A DNA stretch of 64,000 nucleotides. Source: Acidimicrobiia bacterium. GTDB lineage: Bacteria > Actinomycetota > Acidimicrobiia > Acidimicrobiales > JANYDT01. Below the pieces are notes generated by a model. It was given only the letters and a program-made list of their open reading frames with translations, had not been told where the DNA came from and did not search any database. Where the stretch lies: NCBI GenBank assembly GCA_043720395.1, contig JAYSSR010000040.1, positions 45,639 through 109,638 on the forward strand, in the 5' to 3' direction. Position numbers and translations under genes: made by a program. Position 1 is the first letter of the stretch, and every line of letters begins with the position of its first letter. Below are positions 10,306-18,594 of the stretch, piece after piece.

Positions 10306-11145
10306 TCAGCCTGCGGGAGTGAGCGTCTCGATGGCCGCTCGCACGCCGGCGTCGTCGTAGCCCACGGCGGGGTCGTGGCGGAACCTGGTCAGCCAGGAGA
10401 GCGCGACGTACCCGGCCTCGACGGAGCCACCGTCCTCCTCGGGTGGCAGCTCGACCCGTTCTCCGTACTCCATCCGTACGAAGAAGGACCCGTCGTGTCC
10501 GGGCCTGGGCTCAAGCGCCGCAGAACGCATGGACCGCGGCACGGTCATGCCGACCTCGGCGTAACGCCACCCCTTCAGCTCGGCGACCGGCAGGTTCGGC
10601 ACGTTGACGTTCAGGCACACGGCCTTTTCCGGCAGGGCGGCGGCGAACGCACCGACGATCCGTTCCGCGACGGATCCGGCCGACTCCCACAGCTGGCCCG
10701 CAAGGACGTCGTCCCAGCCCTGACCTTCGATCCCATAGCCGGTGACCTCCTGGCTGAACGCGATGCCGGAGATGTTGCCGTTGCGGGCAGTCAGCGCGGC
10801 ACCGACCGTGCCCGAGTGGTACACCGCCCGTCCGACGTTTGCCCCTGGATTGATGCCAGCCACCACCAGGTCCGGGAGCGTTCCGAACACGCCCATCCGA
10901 GCGAACATCACACACAGCGCCGGAGGTCCGCTGACTGTGTACGCCTCGGACGCGCCGTCCATCGTTGTGCGCCGAACTTCGGGCTTGATGAGGTGCAGCG
11001 CGCCGACCGACGCTCCCGCTCCGGAGTATTCGCTGTCGGGAGCGACCACGATCACCTCACCGTGGGCGCTTACCGCCTGGGTGAGCACCTGCAATCCTCG
11101 GGAGTCGATGCCGTCGTCGTTGGTCACCAGAATGCGCATGGTCAC
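10306..11145 (-). CDS. surE: 5'/3'-nucleotidase SurE
   Basis: N-terminus MRILVTNDDGIDSRGL and GINPGANVG. The true start is probably the ATG at 11139. Confidence 0.9.
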   Translation of the reverse strand: MTMRILVTNDDGIDSRGLQVLTQAVSAHGEVIVVAPDSEYSGAGASVGALHLIKPEVRRTTMDGASEAYTVSGPPALCVMFARMGVFGTLPDLVVAGINPGANVGRAVYHSGTVGAALTARNGNISGIAFSQEVTGYGIEGQGWDDVLAGQLWESAGSVAERIVGAFAAALPEKAVCLNVNVPNLPVAELKGWRYAEVGMTVPRSMRSAALEPRPGHDGSFFVRMEYGERVELPPEEDGGSVEAGYVALSWLTRFRHDPAVGYDDAGVRAAIETLTPAG

Positions 11146-11174
11146 GACCGTACCGCCGACTCACCGTGGACAGA

Positions 11175-11236
11175 AACCACCCGATCGAACCACCCGAAAG
11201 GCGAATCGGGCGATTGGGTGGTTCGATCGGGTGGTT
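11175..11236. repeat. Perfect 21-bp inverted repeat (stem-loop) between the HAD hydrolase stop and the surE start
   Basis: AACCACCCGATCGAACCACCC (11175-11195) is the exact reverse complement of GGGTGGTTCGATCGGGTGGTT (11216-11236), with a 20-nt loop. Each arm contains two copies of the octamer AACCACCC around a CGATCG core. Confidence 0.8.
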
Positions 11237-11238
11237 CT

Positions 11239-12036
11239 TCAGTGCGTGGCGATTGCGAGGTCGAGCGCTTCCGCGACGCCGTCCTCCTCGACGCCCGCGA
11301 CCTGGATCCGCGACACGGCGATCGCGTCGGGGTGGGCGTTGCCCATAGCCACAGGCAGTCCGACCACCGAGAGGGCGGACACATCGTTCTGGCCGTCGCC
11401 GACCATCATCACCTCGTCGGCCGTGAGGCCGAGAAGCGCAGTCAATGCCAGTATCGACGAGGCCTTCGAAACCGTGTCAGCGGTGATCGAAACAAAGTGG
11501 AGTCCGGGCATGAGCGGCGACGTCGCGGCGGACGCTGTGCATCCCAGTGGTGCTGCGGCCACGGCTGCCCCGACGTCGCTAACGCCGACGATGAACTGTG
11601 TCCGCACCGCCTCGCCGCGCAGCGTCGATAGGGCACGCCGCTCGAACGCAACACCGAGCAACACAGCGTGATCGACCGCCGCCGGGGTTGCGTCGTCGAC
11701 GGCGTAATCGAAGTCGGAGTAAACCTCCATGGTCCACCCCCGCTCGGCGGCGGAAGTGGCACATGCGGCGATAGCGCCGTCGGGCAGCGTCGTAGAACGG
11801 GTCCGCCGGTCGGCCGTATGCACGATCGACGCGCCGGTCTGGAACAGGTGCCAGCCTTCGTGGTCGAGCCGGGTCGCCCACGACCACGCCCCACCGATCG
11901 CAATGCGAGCCGTACACAACGCGAGGTGGATGCCAGCTGCCCGAGCCCGGTCGGCCGCCGCCCAGACGCCCTCGGTCGGCTGACCCGATGCTCCGATTAG
12001 CGTCCCGTCGACGTCGAGGCACACAAGGCGGATCAT
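11239..12036 (-). CDS. HAD-superfamily hydrolase (Cof-like phosphatase)
   Basis: Motif I LDVDGTL and motif IV GDGQNDVSAL. The start is placed at MIRLVCLDVDGTL, giving a 4-nt overlap with the upstream gene. Confidence 0.7.
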   Translation of the reverse strand: MIRLVCLDVDGTLIGASGQPTEGVWAAADRARAAGIHLALCTARIAIGGAWSWATRLDHEGWHLFQTGASIVHTADRRTRSTTLPDGAIAACATSAAERGWTMEVYSDFDYAVDDATPAAVDHAVLLGVAFERRALSTLRGEAVRTQFIVGVSDVGAAVAAAPLGCTASAATSPLMPGLHFVSITADTVSKASSILALTALLGLTADEVMMVGDGQNDVSALSVVGLPVAMGNAHPDAIAVSRIQVAGVEEDGVAEALDLAIATH

Positions 12037-12908
12037 CCGACGGACCCGTCGAGGCTCATCAGCGGCCGGTAGAGGTCCGGGCGTCGATCGCGGAATAGCC
12101 CCCATGACGCGCGTTGTTGTCGGAGCAGCGTCCGGTCGAAGGTTGCGGTGATGATCGCCTCATCGGCTCGCTCGGCGTCGGCGACGATCGCTCCCGTGGA
12201 GTCGGCAATGAACGACGTGCCGTAGAACCGAATCGACGTTGACGAGCCGACCTCCCGACCAGTGCGGTTGGCCGCGATGACCGGGGCAAGGTTGGCCCCC
12301 GCGTGGCCGCACATCACCCGACGCCAATGCCCGCTCGAGTCCCAGGTGGGGTCCGGCGGCTCGGAACCGATCGCTGTGGGGTACAGCAGCATTTCCGCGC
12401 CCAGCAGCGACATCGCCCGTGCGCACTCAGGGAACCACTGGTCCCAGCAGATGCCCACACCGATCGTGCCGAACCGAGTGGCCCAGACGCGGAACCCCGT
12501 GTCGCCCGGTGAGAAGTAGTACTTCTCGGTGTAGCCAGGTCCGTCGGGTATGTGGCTCTTGCGGTATCGGCCGAGGACGCTTCCGTCGGCGTCGGCTACG
12601 ACAACGGTGTTGAACCTCGCCTGTCCCGCTAACTCGTACACCGAGATCGGCAGCACGACGCCGAGTTCGCCCGCGAGGGCGGCGAACCGGGCGACCGTTG
12701 GACTCGTGTCAATCGGTTCGGCGAACAGGAGCTGCTCGGGGAGCTGGTCCTTGCAGAAGTACGGACGCTCGAACAGCTCAGGCAGGAGCACAATGTGTGC
12801 GCCCTGTGACGCAGCGGCGCGCACCAGGCGCTCCGCCGTATCGACGTTCGCTCCCACCTCGCGCCCCATCCGCATCTGCACCGCGGCGACCGTCACGAGC
12901 TCAGACAT
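12033..12908 (-). CDS. aguB: N-carbamoylputrescine amidase-like carbon-nitrogen hydrolase
   Basis: Nitrilase-superfamily E-K-C triad context (LPELF..., YRKSHIP, ICWDQWFPE). The ICWDQWFPE signature is typical of N-carbamoylputrescine amidases. Start at MSELVTVAAVQ. Confidence 0.75.
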   Translation of the reverse strand: MSELVTVAAVQMRMGREVGANVDTAERLVRAAASQGAHIVLLPELFERPYFCKDQLPEQLLFAEPIDTSPTVARFAALAGELGVVLPISVYELAGQARFNTVVVADADGSVLGRYRKSHIPDGPGYTEKYYFSPGDTGFRVWATRFGTIGVGICWDQWFPECARAMSLLGAEMLLYPTAIGSEPPDPTWDSSGHWRRVMCGHAGANLAPVIAANRTGREVGSSTSIRFYGTSFIADSTGAIVADAERADEAIITATFDRTLLRQQRASWGLFRDRRPDLYRPLMSLDGSVG

Positions 12909-12986
12909 GGGCAAGCAGCGTACGCGGCCACGCGCCTTCGTGGGCCGGTCCTGGCCGTCACGTGTTGTCGGGATCGAGGCTGGACC

Positions 12987-13064
12987 CTTCGCGGTACGTT
13001 CGGTCGGTCGCGGTACGTTCTGCGTACTCGCAACGTACCGCGAGCGCGTCAACGTACCGCGAAG
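12987..13064. repeat. Nested direct/inverted repeat element (four copies of a 12-mer) in a divergent promoter region
   Basis: TCGCGGTACGTT occurs at 12989-13000 and 13008-13019. Its complement AACGTACCGCGA occurs at 13032-13043 and 13051-13062. The outer arms extend to 14 bp (12987-13000 pairing with 13051-13064). Confidence 0.8.
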
Positions 13065-13128
13065 CACCTGACGCGCCCGGCGTCAAGCGTGCAGTTGCGG
13101 CGGCGCACGCAGGGCAGACTCGTCGGCG

Positions 13129-13935
13129 ATGCCAGAGGGCGACACCATTCATCGCAGCGCCGCGAACTTGTCGGCATGGCTGGCAGGACGCGTCGTGACT
13201 GAGGCCTACTCGACGTTTCCCGGCATCGATCTGTCGCGGGTCGTTGGACGCCGACTCATCACCATTGTGGCTCAGGGCAAGCATCTCGTGATGACCTTTG
13301 CCGACGACACATCGGTCAAGCCAGCGCTCGCCCTCCACACCCACATGCGGATGACGGGTTCCTGGCACGTGTACGAGCGTGATGCCCGTTGGCACAAGTC
13401 GAAGCGCCAGGCCCGTTTCGTCATCACGGCTGGCGACCGGGTGGCCGTGTGCTTCAACGTCCCCATTGCGACGCTGGACACCGAGCGCGCGGTCCTCGGC
13501 GATCGTTCCCTCACCGAGCTGGGCCCCGACGTGCTCGCGGAGACACTGGACCTGAGCGACGTCCCCCGTCGCATCGCCGCACGCCAACCCACCACCGTTG
13601 GCGAACTGCTGCTCGACCAGCGAGTCGTTGCTGGGATCGGCAACGTGTACCGATGCGAAGGACTGTTCCTCGCAGGACTGGACCCCTGGGCATCGCCGTC
13701 GTCGCTGTCCGATTCACTGCTCGTCGCGTTGGTCCGACGCTGCGCCGAGTTGATGCGCACGAACATGGCGCGGCCCTTCGCCCGCGACACGGGAGGTGGG
13801 GCGAGTCGCCCCTGGGTGTACGGGCGCACCGGACGTCCGTGTCGGCGATGCAGCACCACGGTGAAGAGTGCGCTCTTGGGTTCTCCAGTTCGACGGGTCT
13901 ACTGGTGTCCGAACTGCCAACCAGCGCAGTCCTGA
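13129..13935 (+). CDS. nei: Fpg/Nei-family DNA glycosylase (endonuclease VIII-like)
   Basis: N-terminal MPEGDT (catalytic Pro2/Glu3), H2TH-like GIGNVYRCEGLF, and a C-terminal zinc finger CRRC...CPNC. Confidence 0.8.
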   Translation: MPEGDTIHRSAANLSAWLAGRVVTEAYSTFPGIDLSRVVGRRLITIVAQGKHLVMTFADDTSVKPALALHTHMRMTGSWHVYERDARWHKSKRQARFVITAGDRVAVCFNVPIATLDTERAVLGDRSLTELGPDVLAETLDLSDVPRRIAARQPTTVGELLLDQRVVAGIGNVYRCEGLFLAGLDPWASPSSLSDSLLVALVRRCAELMRTNMARPFARDTGGGASRPWVYGRTGRPCRRCSTTVKSALLGSPVRRVYWCPNCQPAQS

Positions 13936-13939
13936 CCGA

Positions 13940-14275
13940 GTGGCCAGCGACTCGCCAGTAACGTCGTCGCCCGTGGATGACCAGTTCGACTTGACCGACG
14001 ATGCAGGCAGGCCGCCGCCCGACCCGACGTTCACGATGCTCACCCTTGAGACGTTCGAGCGGGAGATCGCCGGTGTTGCACGAGCGATCGAGATGCTCGA
14101 CAACGGCACCTACGGGTCCTGTGACCATTGCGGGACAACGATCAACGCGGAACGTCTTCGTGCCGATCCCCTCCTCGTCCGCTGCGACGCCCACCCCGTG
14201 TTGGAGCGTCCGGAACTTTTTGTCGCCCCGCCCGTCCTTCACGATGTGCTCTCAGCGCAACAGATCGCACAGTGA
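13940..14275 (+). CDS. TraR/DksA-family C4-type zinc-finger protein
   Basis: MLDNGTYGSCDHCGTTINAERLRADPLLVRCDAH. The start is placed at GTG 13940, just after the nei stop; the ORF is open from 13868. Confidence 0.55.
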   Translation: MASDSPVTSSPVDDQFDLTDDAGRPPPDPTFTMLTLETFEREIAGVARAIEMLDNGTYGSCDHCGTTINAERLRADPLLVRCDAHPVLERPELFVAPPVLHDVLSAQQIAQ

Positions 14276-14376
14276 ATTGGTTCGACAGGACTGTTTTGCC
14301 GTGGCGCGTCTCATGTCGAGCCTTCGAGCGGCTTGAGCGGCTGCGGATGCCTCGGCAGGGCGGTACGGTCGGGGTG

Positions 14377-14613
14377 ATGGCCACTCTTCTCTTGTTCGCC
14401 CAAGCACGCGAGGTGGCGGGTACCAAGCGCGCGACAGTCGAGGGCTCGACCGTCGGTGAGGTTCTCGCGGCAGCCGTCGCCACGTTCGGCACCGAGTTCG
14501 GCCGACTTCTCCCGCACTGCCGGGTGTGGCGCAACGGCGAACCAGCTGTCGACGCTGACCCGGTGACGGGCAACGACGAAGTAGCGGTGCTGCCTCCCGT
14601 TTCCGGCGGGTAG
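14377..14613 (+). CDS. MoaD/ThiS-family small sulfur-carrier-like protein
   Basis: 78 aa beginning MATLLLFAQAREVAGTKRATVEG and ending with a C-terminal diglycine (...VAVLPPVSGG-stop). Confidence 0.6.
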   Translation: MATLLLFAQAREVAGTKRATVEGSTVGEVLAAAVATFGTEFGRLLPHCRVWRNGEPAVDADPVTGNDEVAVLPPVSGG

Positions 14614-14625
14614 CCCGGTCAGGCC

Positions 14626-15159
14626 TCAGTCCGGGGCGTCTTCGTCGTCGCTTGCGCCCTCCCCGATCCCCTTCGCCATCAGGTACCCGCGGGCACGTTC
14701 GGTGCGGGGGTAGCGGTTGACCATCGTCCAGAACGCCCGTCCGTGGTCGGCATGGCGGAGGTGGCTCATCTCATGGACGAGCACGTAGTCGAGCACCCAG
14801 GTAGGCATGTCGGCGAGACGGTCCGAGATACGGATCGAACCGTCGGCGGGTGTGCACGAACCCCACCTCGACTGTTGGTTCGTCACCCAGCGGACCGTGT
14901 TCGGCTTCGGCAGGTCGAACCGTCTGGCGAGGTCGGAGGATCGGGCCACGAGATCGGTCTGGTCGGACGCCGCCTTGCGGGCGAAGCGTCCCTGCATCTC
15001 GGTGACCCATTTGGCCTCGTCGGCCTTGCCCATCCACGACGGGATGCGCAGTTCCATGACGCCCTTGACCATCCGTGCCGACACGCCCCGTTTGCGCTTC
15101 GTGCTGCGGATGACCCGCACGGCCGTATGCCCGGTGGGCTCGTCGGACGGCGCTGTCAC
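14626..15159 (-). CDS. YgjP/DUF45-type (M48-like) zinc metallopeptidase
   Basis: RWGSCTPADGSIRISDRL followed by the HExxH motif (LVHEMSHLRHADHG). Confidence 0.8.
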   Translation of the reverse strand: MTAPSDEPTGHTAVRVIRSTKRKRGVSARMVKGVMELRIPSWMGKADEAKWVTEMQGRFARKAASDQTDLVARSSDLARRFDLPKPNTVRWVTNQQSRWGSCTPADGSIRISDRLADMPTWVLDYVLVHEMSHLRHADHGRAFWTMVNRYPRTERARGYLMAKGIGEGASDDEDAPD

Positions 15160-15812
15160 AGCGCCGTCCCGAGTTGCAACGTCGCAATGTTCGACCCGTC
15201 AAGGAGGTCGAGCTCACCCGCATGCTCGGTGGATCTTCCGTCCCAACGGAACCAGGTAGCCCCGAGGTTCGGCACCGGACGCGGGTCGACGTGATGGTTC
15301 CGGGTCAGCGTCCGCATCACACCCCCGTGGGTGACGGCAACGATGACGGTGTCTTCGTTCGCTGCCTCGATGCAGAGACGCCCCAAGGCACGGCCGATCC
15401 GGACGTTCAGGTCCGCCTCACTCTCGCCCCCGGGGATCATCGGCAGATCACCACGACGCCACGCGTCGAGCTGTCCCGGCCACGCCGCCTCGATCTCGGG
15501 CGTCGTCTTCCCCGACCAGTTTCCGACGTTGCGCTCGCGCAGATCGGTGAGGACCTCGCTCACTGTCGTGCCGAATACAGCGGCGAACACCTCGGCGGTA
15601 TGACTCGCCCTCAGTAGGTCCGAGGTGACGATCCGCGGTGTTCCGTCGAGGTCGCTGGCCAAACGATGCGCCGCAGCCTGGGCCTGCGCGACGCCGAGAT
15701 CGTCAAGATCGACGTCGGCCCACCCCTGCCAGCGATGCGCCGCGTTCCACAATGTCTGCCCATGTCGCACCACGAGCACCCCCGCCCCATGTCGTTCGAT
15801 CTCAGGTTCCAC
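15156..15812 (-). CDS. Histidine phosphatase family protein (phosphoglycerate mutase-like)
   Basis: RHG motif (VVRHGQTLWN), SDLLRASHTAE and VTHGGVMR. Only the C-terminal 218 codons of the 431-aa ORF look coding. GTG at 15810-15812. Confidence 0.8.
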   Translation of the reverse strand: MEPEIERHGAGVLVVRHGQTLWNAAHRWQGWADVDLDDLGVAQAQAAAHRLASDLDGTPRIVTSDLLRASHTAEVFAAVFGTTVSEVLTDLRERNVGNWSGKTTPEIEAAWPGQLDAWRRGDLPMIPGGESEADLNVRIGRALGRLCIEAANEDTVIVAVTHGGVMRTLTRNHHVDPRPVPNLGATWFRWDGRSTEHAGELDLLDGSNIATLQLGTAL

Positions 15813-15881
15813 GCCCGACAGTGAACCAGAACCGCTCGCCCGCCGAAACCAGAGCCGGGACCCTCGTCTAACCTCACAGAC

Positions 15882-16421
15882 ATGGCCAACCGCAACCTCG
15901 ACCGCGTTCTTGCACCGGCGTTCCTCGACGGCATCGACACGTGGCCGATCGAGGCCATCCGCGACCGGCGGACCGACTGCCAGCGTCTTGAAGACGCTGC
16001 GTCCTACCTTCGCCGTCTGCTGCAGACCCGTATCGACATCCTCGGCCTCGAAACCCGGGCCCGCGCCAAGGGCGAGAACTCCGATGTCGTGTCGCTCGTC
16101 GAACGCCTCGCCGACGTGCTGGTCGATGAGCGTTACGAACACTCCCCCAACGGACGCCTTCTCACCAGCGACCCCGGCGACGATCAGGAGGAGTGGGCGC
16201 AACGGCGCATCATGGACGCGTCCGGCGGCATCGACATCGAGGGCTCCCCCGATCTCGCCGATGGCGAGCTTGCCGAGCTGGCCGAGCGCTTCATCGAGCT
16301 TGAGCGGGTCGTATCCCGCGAGCGTCGAGCTCTCCACGATGTGTACGACCGCCTCCAGGCCGAACTGATCGAGCGGTACCGCTCCGGCCGTGCCACGGTC
16401 GACGGCCTGCTGCGCAACTAA
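15882..16421 (+). CDS. RsiG-like coiled-coil protein (candidate c-di-GMP-binding anti-sigma factor)
   Basis: 179 aa with two copies of the E-x3-S-x2-R-x3-(Q/H)-x3-D pattern: EDAASYLRRLLQTRID (res 37-52) and ERVVSRERRALHDVYD (res 141-156). Confidence 0.6.
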   Translation: MANRNLDRVLAPAFLDGIDTWPIEAIRDRRTDCQRLEDAASYLRRLLQTRIDILGLETRARAKGENSDVVSLVERLADVLVDERYEHSPNGRLLTSDPGDDQEEWAQRRIMDASGGIDIEGSPDLADGELAELAERFIELERVVSRERRALHDVYDRLQAELIERYRSGRATVDGLLRN

Positions 16422-16456
16422 TCCTGATTCAGCAACAGACCCAAGATCCACGCCTA

Positions 16457-16861
16457 GTGAAGCGACGCCACGACCCTGACGCTCCCGACGACGGCTTCGC
16501 GGATCGCGCCCAGCAGCTCGGCGATTTCATCCGCGACCAGCGTCGGGTGGCCCGTCTGTCGCTGCGCAAGCTGAGCGACATGGCGCAGATCTCGAACCCG
16601 TACCTCAGCCAGATTGAACGCGGCCTCCGCAAGCCGTCCGCCGAGATTCTCCAACAGCTCGCCAAGGCGCTGCGCATCTCCGCCGAGACGCTCTACGTCC
16701 AGGCCGGCATCCTCGATGAACGCTCCGACGCCATCGACCTTGCTACAGCCATCCGGTCCGACGCCACCCTCAACGACTCGCAGAAGCGTGCACTCGTGCA
16801 GGTGCTCCGTTCTTTCCAGGCCGAGAACCGTGTTCCGGTCGTCGCGGAACAAAGCGCCTAG
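16457..16861 (+). CDS. XRE-family helix-turn-helix transcriptional regulator
   Basis: LRKLSDMAQISNPYLSQIERGLRKPSAEILQQLAKAL. Confidence 0.8.
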   Translation: MKRRHDPDAPDDGFADRAQQLGDFIRDQRRVARLSLRKLSDMAQISNPYLSQIERGLRKPSAEILQQLAKALRISAETLYVQAGILDERSDAIDLATAIRSDATLNDSQKRALVQVLRSFQAENRVPVVAEQSA

Positions 16862-16884
16862 GCGCGCGGTTGGATGCCTTGCTC

Positions 16885-18105
16885 ATGACGATCTCCGTTG
16901 CGGTCCTGTCCATGCATACCTCCCCGCTTACCCAGCCGGGCACGGGCGATGGCGGGGGCATGAACGTCTACGTGCGTGAGCTGTCCACTGCGCTCGCTCG
17001 TGCGGGCGTGGCGTGTGAGGTGTTCACCCGTGCAGACGGCACGGACACGCGGCCCAGCGTCAGCGTCGAACCCGGATTCCGTGTGCACCATGTGCCTGCC
17101 GGTCCGATTGGGGAAATCCCGAAGGAACATCTCCCGGATCTCACCGACGCGTTTGCCGACGCGGTCGGTCATCGCCTCGACCTGCTCGGTCTTCGGCCCG
17201 ACGTGATCCATGCCAACTACTGGCTCTCCGCCGTCGCCGGTCACCGCCTCAAGCACCAGCTGGACCTCCCGCTCGTCACCACGTTCCACACGCTCGCGAT
17301 GGTGAAGATCGAGGCGGGCGATATCGAACCGGAATCTCGGGTTCGAGCGGAAACGTCGGTGATCGGCTGCAGCGACATCGTCCTCGCCAATACGCGCATC
17401 GAATCGGAGCAATTGCAACGCCTTTACGGTGCCGATCCCCACAGGATCGAAGAGGTCCCACTCGGCGTCGATCACGCGTTCTTCTCGCCCGGCAACCGCA
17501 GCGGGGCCAAGGCGGCGCTCGGTCTTGCGAACCTGCCGACCGTGCTCTACGTCGGCCGCATCCAGCCCCTGAAGGGGACCGAGCTTGCCATCCGCGCTTT
17601 CGCCGCGATGAAGCGTCAAGACGGACAACTCGTCGTTGTCGGCGGACCGAGCGGGTCCGACGGCGCAGCAGAGGTGGCCCGCATCCACACGCTTGCCCGC
17701 GACCTCGGCGTCGCCGATCGCATTCGGTGGGTCGTTCCCCAGCCCCACCACCTGCTCTCGACCTACTACCGCGCCGCCGAGGTGTGCATCGTGCCGAGCC
17801 GGTCGGAATCGTTCGGTCTCGTCGCCCTCGAAGCAGGCTCGTGCGGCACGCCGGTCATCGCCGCCAACGTCGGGGGCTTGCAGACCATCGTCGACCCGGG
17901 CTCGACCGGATTCCTCATCGACGGCCGTGATCCTGCTGTTTGGGCAGCGTCGCTCGACTCGATGTTGAACGACCCCCAGATGGCAGCGGCTATGGGCTTC
18001 AATGCTGCCGGACGCTCCCTCCGCTACGCATGGAGCTACAGCGCCGCTCGCCTGCGTCGCCTCTACGGAGACCTCCGAGTCGGTGCCCTCGTCAGCTGCG
18101 CCTGA
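16885..18105 (+). CDS. mshA: D-inositol-3-phosphate glycosyltransferase MshA (mycothiol biosynthesis)
   Basis: LSMHTSPLTQPGTGDGGGMNVYVRELS, and a GT4 C-terminal domain with PSRSESFGLVALEAGSCGTPVIA. The ORF is open from TTG 16870. Confidence 0.9.
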   Translation: MTISVAVLSMHTSPLTQPGTGDGGGMNVYVRELSTALARAGVACEVFTRADGTDTRPSVSVEPGFRVHHVPAGPIGEIPKEHLPDLTDAFADAVGHRLDLLGLRPDVIHANYWLSAVAGHRLKHQLDLPLVTTFHTLAMVKIEAGDIEPESRVRAETSVIGCSDIVLANTRIESEQLQRLYGADPHRIEEVPLGVDHAFFSPGNRSGAKAALGLANLPTVLYVGRIQPLKGTELAIRAFAAMKRQDGQLVVVGGPSGSDGAAEVARIHTLARDLGVADRIRWVVPQPHHLLSTYYRAAEVCIVPSRSESFGLVALEAGSCGTPVIAANVGGLQTIVDPGSTGFLIDGRDPAVWAASLDSMLNDPQMAAAMGFNAAGRSLRYAWSYSAARLRRLYGDLRVGALVSCA

Positions 18106-18108
18106 GCG

Positions 18109-18594
18109 ATGACGCTGCGCTACGAGGACCGCGGTCGCTTCGTGACCCTCGTGGAGGCCTGGGTCACGCAGCTCGTCGCCGAGAATCCGATCGTGAGCAG
18201 CGTCGAACGTGACGCCGAGGTGGACCGCTGGTATGTGCGCGTCCGGGGCGATGAGAAGGCAGTGACCACCGTATGGTTCACCGTGGGCGAACAGGTCGTA
18301 CACGCCGAGTCGTACTTCATGCCCTGGCCCGAGGACAACCGAGCGGAGACGTTCGAGTACCTGCTCCGGTCCAGCCAGCGCTTTTACGGTCTGAGGTTCT
18401 GTATCGGCCCTGAGGACGCGGTGTACTTGCGCGGCGAACTGCCCCTTGCCGCTTTGTTGGCGGGCGATCCGAACGATGAACTGGATCGGCTGCTCGGCGC
18501 AACGTACGCGTACACCGAGGATTGCTTTCGCACCGCGATGACCCTGACCTTCGGCGACCGGTTCCGACCGAAAGGCAGCACAGCGCCAGTTTGA
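18109..18594 (+). CDS. YbjN-domain protein (the conserved partner found downstream of mshA in actinobacteria)
   Basis: 161 aa starting 4 nt after the mshA stop. The sequence (DRWYVRVRGDEKAVTTVWFTVGEQVVHAESYFMPWPEDN) has the shape of the YbjN-like family. Confidence 0.65.
   Translation: MTLRYEDRGRFVTLVEAWVTQLVAENPIVSSVERDAEVDRWYVRVRGDEKAVTTVWFTVGEQVVHAESYFMPWPEDNRAETFEYLLRSSQRFYGLRFCIGPEDAVYLRGELPLAALLAGDPNDELDRLLGATYAYTEDCFRTAMTLTFGDRFRPKGSTAPV

Noticed and set aside
12987-13064. Four-copy repeat considered as a miniature transposable element (MITE).
   Set aside because: No target-site duplication and no terminal inverted repeats flanking a larger body. I could not find other copies in the window, so it is kept as a regulatory or structural candidate only.
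15813-16451. N-terminal 213 codons of the 431-aa minus-strand ORF (15156..16451), which would make a large fusion protein.
   Set aside because: This part is antisense to the well-formed RsiG-like gene and has no recognisable motifs. The histidine-phosphatase domain begins at an in-frame GTG (15812), so the extension is a high-GC shadow ORF.
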